DNA of 54,141 nt, from positions 1 to 54,141 of the forward strand of contig FLMG01000100.1 in NCBI GenBank assembly GCA_900088475.1, read 5' to 3'. This document shows positions 1-10,054 of this stretch, in pieces. The notes beneath the pieces were generated by a model. The model was not told the DNA's origin. It ran no database searches and was given only the letters and a program-made list of their open reading frames with translations. Made by a program: the position numbers and the translations under genes. Origin of the DNA: Hyphochytrium catenoides (taxonomy: Eukaryota; Protista; Hyphochytriomycota). Within the stretch, counting starts at the first letter, position 1. Each line of letters starts with the position of its first letter.

Positions 1-200
1 AGGCGGGCAAGCCTTTCGCACTCTCTCTCTACCGACTCGAACTTCCATTCGAACAGGACCGCGGTTACGTCCCTTTCAGCACTAGGGATAAGGGCCTCCA
101 CACCAATTCCCGGGATAAGTGAAGAAGAAGAGGAAAAGATGAGAAAGATAACGCTGCTAAAAAAAAAGAGCCCGAAGGTATTCTTTGCCTTAGAAACCAT
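1..200 (-). CDS. Secreted alpha-amylase (GH13, actinobacterial/animal-type), 5' part only; truncated by window edge
   Basis: Hand translation from ATG at 200 (minus): MVSKAKNTFGLFFFSSVIFLIFSSSSSLIPGIGVEALIPSAERDVTAVLFEWKFESVERECERLARL. A signal-peptide-like N-terminus precedes DVTAVLFEWKF.SV..EC, which matches the beta-1 FEW motif of Streptomyces-type amylases. The frame is open to base 1. Confidence 0.8.
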   Translation of the reverse strand, partial: MVSKAKNTFGLFFFSSVIFLIFSSSSSLIPGIGVEALIPSAERDVTAVLFEWKFESVERECERLAR

Positions 201-740
201 ATTTAACTATCTTCACAGTCCCGTGGTCTTCTCCAAACCACGACCAAGGAATGGCTGGTTTCTGAAGAAGAGAGAGTGATGCAAAAGAAGCACAAGAGCA
301 AATCAAGGAAAGCGACAGAGAGTCACGAGCTTGGCTAGAGAGAAGAGAAAACAAAATGGAAGAGAGAGAGGGGGAGAGAGCACAAGAGAGACAGATAACG
401 TATTCTCTTCCTTTCTCTCTTCACGACGTCCACTTTGATGATCAGCAACAGTATATGCTGCGCTATAGAATGGCACAAGAAGGCAACTTGCAACTACGCT
501 GCGGACAAGTCATGGGGTTGCAAAGGCAGCGAAAGGATAGAAAGAGAAAAGAGGAAGGGAGATCGAGAGAATAATGAAAGAGAAAGAGTCATACTACTAA
601 TAGAGTAGAAGACCACATAGGATGATGGAGAAGCTGAGAATGGTTCTCGCCTTTGACTTCAACGTGTCAGAAAAATGAGGTAAGATAGACGACATACGGT
701 TACTTCATGCCACGTGACAAGTTTGTGAAGGATGAATAGT

Positions 741-1593
741 AGCGACATTCTGCAAGCACTCCCAAATCGGATGGACGAGAATCGGACGGATGAACTTTTG
801 AGATTTTTAAAAATGGAGCCTGCAACGGCCACTGACGTCATTTCGTGTCACACCCATTTCATCCGATTTTCATCCGATTTCTCGTTCGTCCGGAAATTTG
901 CTAGTTCCGGATGAAATGGTGGGTATCCGTCCGATTTGCATACCCACCCCGACTAAGAAAGGCAAATCGGATGAACCTAAACGAGAGGCTTTGGCGCGAA
1001 AATCCTCCTTTCGCGCCAAAATATTGAGAATATTGCTTCTTTTATTCTGCTTTAATTGGTTACCTATTCCGTATATCGGCATATTGCGTAAGAATCAAAA
1101 ATTCTCTGAGAAAAATGTGGTTACGATCAGAAATCTTGGCTCGCCAACATAATGTTCTAAAGTCTAATACATTTGGCTATATACGTGCTACGATTTAGAA
1201 CAAATGGAAACCTCATACATAATAACTCACGCAAAAATATTTGACCCAGAGCGAGTCTGCTGACAACAAGCAGCTAAGGCCTTACATAACAATGTCTGCT
1301 CTGCAAAGTTCACGAATTCTCTAGCAAAGGGATGCGAGAAGTGCCTGCTACCATCTTCTCATCAGTTCCATCATCACTGAAACGTTTCCTTAGTTTTCGC
1401 TTATTTCACGCTATTTTCCAGAAATGTTTCATCAGGTTGATCTCGTCCATCCGGAGGAAAAGTGACGGCTTGCAGAACACTTTTTGCACTCAAATCGGAC
1501 GAAGTGGTCGGTCTCAAATCGGACGAAGTATCCAGAGGTTTCGTCCGTCCGATTCTCGTCCGTCCAGAATTTTGAGGCTTGCAGAAAGTCGCT
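741..1593. mobile_element. Non-autonomous TIR DNA transposon (MITE-like), ~850 bp
   Basis: Left end AGCGACATTCTGCAAGCACTCCCAAATCGGATGGACGAGAATCGGACGGATGAA matches the reverse complement of the right end (AGCGACTTTCTGCAAGCCTCAAAATTCTGGACGGACGAGAATCGGACGGACGAA) over ~55 bp. AGT flanks both sides (738-740, 1594-1596); TA is an alternative TSD. Subterminal AATCGGAYG motifs are repeated and there is no transposase ORF. Confidence 0.8.
990..1020. promoter_or_regulatory. Perfect 12-bp inverted repeat made of two E2F-like double sites
   Basis: TTTGGCGCGAAA-atcctcc-TTTCGCGCCAAA; each arm fits the TTTSSCGC consensus on both strands. Confidence 0.4.
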
Positions 1594-3726
1594 AGTGTGT
1601 ACAACAGAGGTAATACTGAGACGCTGTTGGACAGAGAGAGAGAGGAGAGAGATGCGGGATGGAGAGGATACCGGCCAGGTTCCTTTTCCTGATGACTAGA
1701 ACACAGTAGTCTCTGCCACGAGAGCAGTATTGAAGGTGAACAAACGGCTGTCGCCTCCATTCCATGTTTCGCCTTCTTTACCATATAGTTCTACCATCAG
1801 TTTTCTTTATCTCTTTCCTCTCCTTTTCCCGAATGTACTTCCCCTTCTCTCTCTTTTTGCTCCTTCTTCCTTCTCTTTTACGAGCTTCTTCCCCTTCCAT
1901 CTCCCTGTCAACATGCAGTGGTGAGAAAGGTGAGGAACGGAGGCTGAAAAGACAGTTGCAAGATACGGTTATTAGTTGTCCGATACTGCGCTGAGCTCAA
2001 GTTCGTTGCTAATGGCGGCACTGCTGATAACAGGGAATGGACGGAAGGGATCTAAGAGGCAGCGACTGCGAGTAGAAGGGGAGAGACTATTGATTGACTG
2101 AGAGAAGAAAAGGGGAGAGGAAGAGCCGTTTTTAGATGGAGAGTGTGTCTTTTACTAGAGCGAGAGACGGAGGAACGAATATTACTACTCTCCAGAAAAG
2201 GAAGCATTTAGTTCTACTTACTCTATTGTATAACCTAGAAGAGAGAAAATGACAAGAATGAGATGGAAGGACTGAATGAATAATAAGAGATGAAGAAAGA
2301 CCAGAAGAAGACGGACGAGCAAGCGAGTAGGACGAGAGGAGCACCAACACTCTCGCTATCTGTCTCTATCAACTATCAACATCGAACTAGAAGAGATCCA
2401 TCCCTCCGTGAAGAATCGTCTGTCTTAGACCCGCCTGTCTCTTTCCAGTACCGTCTTTATCCTCCTACTCGTACCGAAGCTGCAGTTAAGAAGATAGACG
2501 GAGCGCGAGGATAGGGTGGAGCAAAGAAGGAAAGTAGGAACGACTGGAAAAACACACACACCCAGCAGCTGTGTCTACCCTTCATCAAAATAGGAAGACG
2601 ATGGGGCGAAAGCTGCCGGATAGGCGCTGAGTTTTACAATTGTGTAATAAGGGCAGGAACTTGAGGAGATCCAAGATCAGGAATCAGTAGTGTAGGCTTA
2701 TTATTCGTTCCTTAGACCGTATGGTGACGGGCTAGAGTTGAGAGGGTAGGTCACTACAGTACTTTATTTCCCAATAGTTGAGGGGCCACTACTCTACTGC
2801 ATGTCTAATTTAGTTGACGGTAAGTAAGACGGCATAATAACAGCAAATAATGCAAAAAGGCCTACTACTAACTAGAACTACAACGAGATTAGACAACAAG
2901 CAAAAAAAGACTTGTAGTTCTACTGTTCTACTCTATTTTTCATGGGTTGAGGGTAAATATAGCTGTAAATACTGTAACACCACTCGTCGCCAGTGCTGCC
3001 TGTACTACTATCAGAGTAAATCCTCATTGAAGACGGAGTAGAATTATGTGCTTTCGATCTGTATATATTCCATCTCCTCTTCATCAAAACAGTATTGTAC
3101 TACTGTAGTCATCCTAGAGAATTGTTCGATTAAAGGTTGAACTCGGCATAGAAACTAAGAAGTAGTAGTAGCCCTCTTCTAAAAGTACTGGTCAAGGGTT
3201 GGCTATCTTGTAGTACCTCTCGTGTTAACCGCTCCGCCCTAACACATGTGGTCCTGTTTTACTATTCTCTCATCAACGAAACGGACACCCGAAATAAGAA
3301 GACCAATCTTTGCCGACCTTTGTTGTTGTTGCTCATGAGCATGAGGCCAGCGTCGGGGACCTCCCATCATGAAAAGAAGGAAGGCCAATACAGTTCGGAA
3401 AGACGGAGTCGGTCATTTCTTTATATCGCAAGTGGACATCGCTCACGAGCGATAGATAGCACCAAAGCGGACGATTAGAAGGACCGGAAGAGACGAGCCC
3501 GAAACGATAGAGACGGAGAGAGAGACCAAGAATTCAGGAGACGGAGATCTGTGGCCAACAGCAGCTCCTGGCAAGGAAGCCTCGATGAAACTCGCCTCCT
3601 GCTCCTATCGTTAAGAAAGAAGCACCGGCCTTTCTGCTTACCCTAAATGATTGCTTCAATTTTCTGTACTCTTCTTCTTGCTTCATTGGGGTCTAATGCG
3701 GATGATCGTTTTCCTGGCAAGCTGCC

Positions 3727-3734
3727 TATATAAA
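3727..3734 (+). promoter_or_regulatory. TATA box upstream of the secreted orphan gene
   Basis: TATATAAA ~160 bp upstream of ATG 3893. Confidence 0.4.
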
Positions 3735-3892
3735 TATTTGTTCTGTAGTCAGCAGCAGATGATCGTCTCAATTAGCCGCGCAGGTTTCTGAACGAGTAAC
3801 TCATTGTCACTTTCCAAGGACTCAAGTCACCAACCAACTGGCTTTTTGGGAGCTTCTAAGGGATCCAAGGCAGCAATAAGTTACACAACACA

Positions 3893-5014
3893 ATGAGGGT
3901 GCAGATCGATGGACAACCATCGGCAGTTGCTGCGGTGCTTTTGCTGCCCATTTTGGCTGCCATGATGGACAACGTCAGTGGGTTACCTCATTTCGGAGGG
4001 CAACAAAGTGATTACTCGGTGTCCTTGGCGGAAGAAGGATGGACAGAAGGAGCGTTGGCCGCGATGCCTAGCACCCCGGACGTTCTGGCACCCGCGGTCT
4101 CTACAGATCATGATAGTGGCCTGTCAGCGCGTGGACGGGCGCTGTATGCAGGAGTCGAAGCAGAGGTAGCAAAGAACATAGACAGCCGCCCTCCTACAAA
4201 GGAGACCGATGAAGGAATGCCCAACTTATCATCCCCCAGATATTCTAGTGGGAGTCTTCGTGGACTCTCTTCTCCCACTAGCAGTGAGCACTCTGTAGCG
4301 CATATCTGCTGGGAAGCTCGGCGAAACCGCAAATTCTTTGGCGCGAAGGATGACGATTGGCACGTGACACTTGGCGCCTGCAGGAGCAGCGACCTGCATA
4401 TGACAGACAATCCAAACTTGAAGAAGGAAGTAGGGATCCCTGCATGCATATACCCCTCCAAGGGTGGTACAGATCTAACCATGTCCGGTTATGTCGGGAC
4501 CACCTCCACAGACGAAGGACAACAAATTGAGGAGGTTAGAGCATCTCTTCGCTCCAGAGGTAATAGTCAGACGGGACCCACCAAAGTCGGCCCCTATATA
4601 GCCAAGAAGGCGTTATTCGGGGTAGGACTTGGCTTTATGACGGCATTTCCAGTCATTGGCTGGGCCGGTGGTGCTCTGGGTATAGCAGACTCACTCGGCG
4701 AAAATTGCATGCAGACCACAATTTGGAATCTCTCGCGAGAGGCTCTCCCTTGCTGGGACGGCTACAAACCGGAGTCTGGGGTTGACGCAATCAGAGAAAT
4801 TCTCATTAAAGTACATGAGGAGACTTACGGAAGGTCGCCAACTCCAGCCGAGCTCGTGCGGAATGATGAGTTCAGTCTTTTCATGGATGAGAAGCTGAAG
4901 CTCACTGTCTTCCCAACAATATGTCCCTATTCTTTAGTTCATGGCGGGGATCACCTCTTCCATCGCTCACAAGTTATGGACAAGAAGGACTGTCCTGATA
5001 TTCGTCCAGAATAG
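3893..5014 (+). CDS. Intronless putative secreted protein of unknown function (373 aa)
   Basis: Long ORF with a hydrophobic N-terminal segment (AVAAVLLLPILAAMM), a low-complexity pro-region, a 7-Cys C-terminal domain, an internal Gly-rich hydrophobic stretch and an upstream TATA box. Confidence 0.7.
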   Translation: MRVQIDGQPSAVAAVLLLPILAAMMDNVSGLPHFGGQQSDYSVSLAEEGWTEGALAAMPSTPDVLAPAVSTDHDSGLSARGRALYAGVEAEVAKNIDSRPPTKETDEGMPNLSSPRYSSGSLRGLSSPTSSEHSVAHICWEARRNRKFFGAKDDDWHVTLGACRSSDLHMTDNPNLKKEVGIPACIYPSKGGTDLTMSGYVGTTSTDEGQQIEEVRASLRSRGNSQTGPTKVGPYIAKKALFGVGLGFMTAFPVIGWAGGALGIADSLGENCMQTTIWNLSREALPCWDGYKPESGVDAIREILIKVHEETYGRSPTPAELVRNDEFSLFMDEKLKLTVFPTICPYSLVHGGDHLFHRSQVMDKKDCPDIRPE

Positions 5015-6717
5015 GGCAACGGATCATCAGCTAGAAAAGCATAGTCCGGTCGTATTTCTTTGTGGTCGTCTTTCGTTGTGATTGAGTAACTAATAAAGGC
5101 TCTATCTTCATGTCCGCTTGGCCTTCGCCTACAGGGCAAGTACCAAGGTTTCCTTTCGGCGAAGACCTTTTGTATGTTCGGCGTGCCGTAGAGTGAGAGG
5201 GCCAAGAAGGCGCCGGTCTCAAAATGAGTGATGATCAATCAACAAATACCGTCAGCCATGAACGTGCTGCTGAAGGACACGAGTGATCCACTGATGACGC
5301 TATAGTGCACATTTTGCTTGCAGCTACTTTCTTATCAGCTTGTGCAGGGCAGACAACCGCGAACAAGCGTCAATCATGGTTGACCCTCGCTCTGCCACAG
5401 GGCCCGCCAAGCAAAGAAAAAGCTCCATCTGATGTGCTTGGCAAGCAGCCACCTCGGTGTGTCGCTTACACTGCTAAACAGCCATCTGCTCTTCGGACCG
5501 ATCAAAGACGTGGGAAGTGACTTTTTCCACAGAAGGCGCATGCCTCGACACCGGACGCGGTTGATCCGGAAACACTATCAAAAAGCGGGTAAAGCAAAGC
5601 CACTGCCGGCCGGGAGAAAGAGTGATGAGAAGAAAGCACGTATTACTTGTTCCGTTTTAGGACACCCTTGCATTTGCTGGGTATTCGAAGGGCGGGCAGA
5701 GAGCGGTGGCATGGTTGAACACATAAAAGACAGACACCAAGGAAGCGGCCTATCAGGGCACTATAGAGACAAAAAAAGGTCCACGAAAGGAGCAGCTCGG
5801 TGAGGAATCGCTTTTTGCAAGTTCGGAGCTAGACGGTGGGACGGTACGGGAGAGAGGAAAGGTCTTCATGAGCAACCGAAGAAGGCTGGCCCGAGGTTGT
5901 AGAGAGGAAAAAGCGAGAGACGGGCCAAGACAAGGCTGCGTGGCCGGACATGCTTGAGCAGCTTGTCTAGACTCTGCTCAAGGTCTGCGCAACTCTTCTC
6001 CGTCGTTGGAATGCAGGGCTGAGAGATGGCTACATTTCTATTACCAGGCGGAAGGAGTTAGTCATAGACATCACCAAGTGATCATCATTCTGCACTGTCC
6101 GTCCTTCTATCCTCGTCAGCATGACAGCGTATGACGATCATCTTGCACTTTCCTTAGAATGCCGATCCTCCAGTCTTGGCCCTACAAAGTACTAGCATCA
6201 CAGCTCCTGCAGGACACTGCGTCAACTACTTTCCAGTGAGAATGACTGTTTCGGCCGGCCTCGAAGTGAGGATGATGAGTGGCGATGTGTCGTTGCTGCT
6301 GCCGCGAACCAAAGTATGAAGTGTCACTATGAGGGTCTCTTCACTCACTGCCAGATGCTGACATCAATTCTAACGTTCTTTTCCAATGAAAAGATCATAA
6401 GTCTAGCCCTTATTATAGTAAGATTCAACACTCCTGATCGCATCTGAAACATTCGCATTGGTTGGTGGGCACTTGAAGAAGATTGATGAAGCGGTTTTTT
6501 GGGTTCTGATGATGATCATCTCGATGTCCGCGGCATGGTGGCGGCCGCCACTTCACGCAGACTTCCAAGCAAGTTGTTAATGCTGGACGCTTGCCTCCGC
6601 TGTCTGAGAGAGACGCACGTGTAGTATGGCTATTGCTTCCCTTGGGAGCTAACATATCGGCGGATCATAACTGCTGAACCCTCAGACGAAGTCGAGTTTG
6701 CTCCCTCGAAGTTCAGG

Positions 6718-9700
6718 ATGGGGAAGGCAAAGAAGGCGCGCTCGAAGAGCTCTCGGACCAAGCCCGGTATGACGGCGGCGGTGATGTCGTCAACAGCTCA
6801 CGCTCCGCCTGGTGATCAGCAATCACAAGGTGTCCTTATTGGGGTAGGTGATCTGTTAGCTGGACAATCTTGCTTTCTCGTTTTGGAGCTCTGGAAATCT
6901 CTTATTGCTCTTACAGCTTGAGGCGGAGCAGCCCACGGTTCGAGAAGCCACCTGCATAGCGGTCGCATCAATGTTCGGAGAGCAGATGGACCTGCAACGG
7001 AAGAGGCTTTTGCAGCACCTTCTTCAGGCAGGCCTCGTAGAGAGGCTACTTCAAAGGCTTAAAGATACTCCGAGTATCAGAGTGAATGCTATGGGTGCCT
7101 TAAGGTAGCGGCTTGACCCCTGAGTGTCCGCTTGCTCGTTCACGAGTCTTATGAGAAAAGGCTGACTCTTACTTTGATCCCTTGGCCACGCTGCTTCTTC
7201 CTCTGTCTGGCACTAGGAATGTAAGCATCGCTGGCGGATTCGACATTTGCGAGGAGATGGTATCCAAGGGACTTGTCTCTACGACTTTAGAGATTCTCCA
7301 GCAAACTTTGGCGACTGAGGATTCTTGTTCTGTTTCTGCGTCTTCCCTCCTCGAGCAATCTCTGGCCGTACTTTCTCATCTAAGTGAGGCCAGCGATAGA
7401 GCGGTGCAGCAAATCACTCAGAGTGTGACTGGACTTCAGGCAGTCGTGAGCTGCCTTAACACACGTATTGTCCCTCCCGCAGCGCAGAGTGTAGCCGGTC
7501 AGCTGCTGAACGTTGCCAGTGATAATAACCCTCTCTTGGCAAAGCAGCTTGAAGTTCTTGTTCTGCCAGAGCTAAGCCATCAAGGGCCAATACGTAAGTC
7601 ACTGAAGAAGTCGAGGTTGCCCAAACTCCTCGAACTCCAGCCGGCACTGTGGAGGAAACTGCATAATCCTCTTGCCCTTACATCTTCAAGGAGAGCAGTG
7701 GATGACCTAATGTTCTGTTTGAAGTCTGACCTTAATTGTTGCACGGTCTAAACAGGGGCGATGGACCTTCTGTCAGCCCTGCTGACGAAATCGATAAACT
7801 TTCCAGAGGCTACCCTGTTCCAACGTCTGCAGCTCAGCGGTATTCTGGCTAACCTAGGGCTCTCACTAGACAAGGATAAACGCTTGACCGATGAGGTATT
7901 GGACTAGGCAGCATGTTAGTACTGAATGAGAGCTTACTTTGCAACCCCCCTTGGCCCCGCTCTCAGTGCCTATCGCGGGTTCTTCCAACCGTGCTAGAAG
8001 GGTTAGAGGTTGATGCAAGTGGTGTGCGAGAGATGGCGCTAAGAGTGTCAGAAGAGAAGAAAGAAATGAAAGGGCTTGCGGACGTTGTAAAGACGGACGT
8101 TACGTACGAGGACAATGATCAAGCTCAAAAAGAAGTGGACGATTTGAAGGCGGTAAGAGTTGATTCTAAAGTAACCAACAGTAATTGATGGCTAACCACT
8201 GAGGTAACATAGAGAGCGCTGAAGGCCCAGCAAGTTCAGGATCGGTGGTCACAGAGTGTCAACGTGCTTAAGCTAGCTCTAGAGGTGCTGACGAATATTT
8301 GCGCGGCTGCGGAAGCGGAGGAGGAATTGGTCGACTGGGAGACAGACGAAGAAGATGAAATGGCGGAAGGTAAGTCGCGAGTCATGTCCTCGTACAGGCG
8401 TCGTTCCTGACATAATAAATATGTAGCAAGTGATGTTGGGATTGGCACCGACTCGGTTGCCTCAGACTCACAGTTTAGTCAGGCACTTGAACGGTCTGGA
8501 ATCTTAAACCAGGTGCGCTAGAGCTTAAAAATGAGGGGCTCTCTTCGCAGACTAACTCTACCGTATCCCTGCTTCACCGTTTCTGCCCTAACATATGTAG
8601 CTGGGGGTTATACTGGATGCTCTTTATTATAGCTATGAAGCGGGAATGGATATGGACCTTCTTGAGGACCTCAAGCTGCTCCAGGCCCGCTGCTGCCAGT
8701 GCCTCACAAATCTTGTCCAGCACGTACCAGCGTCGGTCGGTTTACTGGCTTGTCACTGCCTCATTCCTCTTCAGTCAGTGTCTTTGCAAGTTGCGTATTT
8801 TGATGGTAGCAACGAGTTTAGGTCCCACTCTCCTTCTTTTTGCAAGCTCCCCTTTGATCAGTCAGCGTACAACTCTCATTGACCAATCAATCCTGTCGAG
8901 TGCCAACCTGGGAACTGAAAGTGGCTCGTGTCCGAATGCATAGGCGGTCCAAAATGCTCTCCCGGCTCTGTTCGCTTCTCTTCTTTCGAAGCTGAAGGTC
9001 TCTATTGAACAGCAAAACAGCGCTGAGAAGTCTTTAAACACCAATGTCAGCGTCCCTGAAGCGTTGACTGCTGCTATTTGGGCCATCCTTAGACGATCTC
9101 TTGTGGAAGGAATGCCTGTTCCGTTGGAGAAAGAGGAATTAACGGTCCTCACAAGTCTTCTCTCTGCACACTCTCCTTCCACATCTCATCTCAACCCAGA
9201 AGTGCGAGTGCACCTTGCTGGCTGTTTAGGCACACTGGGCCAGTTTCCGCATAACGAGGAGACGAATAAGGTGTGTATGCCGTTGTTGGTCAGATCACGA
9301 GTTATGAGAGGGTAGATGACTTGTGTTGACCTGCTCGAAGCGAAGCGGTGACGGATCAGGCTGCTGACTTAGGAGAGGGATGGCAGGCACGGGTGGTAGC
9401 TCAACGGTTGAAAGGACCCAGCGATGGAAGAGTTAGGAATGGCACAATCATTTTGACATGAGGCTAACCACCCGTCTTCAGCTTGTTGGGCAGGCATTAT
9501 TGAAGGCTTTGGATGATCCTGCTCTCCTTGTCCTCTCCGAAGTCCTGAACGCGATATTCGATGTATACGCAGGGGAAAATCATGATGACACCTTTAGGAC
9601 TCTCAGCTTCCCTAGCAAGCTGGAGGAAGTAGCTGCTGATCTCAAGACAAAGGTATAGATCCTCAAAGTCCCTTGTTCTCTGCCTTCAGTAACCCTAAGA

Positions 9701-9848
9701 CACTGATGCATCTCTCTCCCTCTTTGAATTCTTCCAGTTACGACGGGATGCACGTACTGCCGACCGTGAGGTGTTAGCTCAGGCGAAAGAAGCACGACTT
9801 AACCTCGTCAGGTTTATAAAGTACAAAGCACAGACAATGGGCCGCTAA
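6718..9848 (+). CDS. HEATR3: HEAT/ARM-repeat ribosomal protein import adaptor HEATR3/Syo1 (multi-exon)
   Basis: Basic N-terminus MGKAKKARSK; ARM-like exons (RVNAMGALR|NVSIAGGFDICEEMV); acidic loop DWETDEEDEM; C-terminal SEVLNAIFDVY and EARLNLVRFIKYK, typical of the family; stop TAA at 9846-9848. Confidence 0.8.
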
Positions 9849-10054
9849 GGACATAACAGTTTCTACATTGGTAGAGGCCCCTAGAGCGCGATGAAGACTG
9901 AGACGGGCTTGTATAGCTGGAAACAATTTATGTAGCAAAAGGAGGAGGGGGCAAGTCTATCGAGGCTATGTACAATATTCTGCCTTCCATGAGTCTCCGG
10001 CGCAAGCTCGAGGTGTGATCGCATTCAAAGAGTTCTCAGGAATGACAGAGGCGT

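Noticed and set aside
659-1784. Short ORFs with repeated IGR/SSD peptides, and the repeats as a possible CRISPR array
   Set aside because: They translate the MITE subterminal repeats; spacing is irregular, orientations are inverted, the context is eukaryotic and there are no cas genes
5305-5803. ORFs of 71-123 aa downstream of the secreted gene
   Set aside because: Non-ATG starts, no motifs and no exon support
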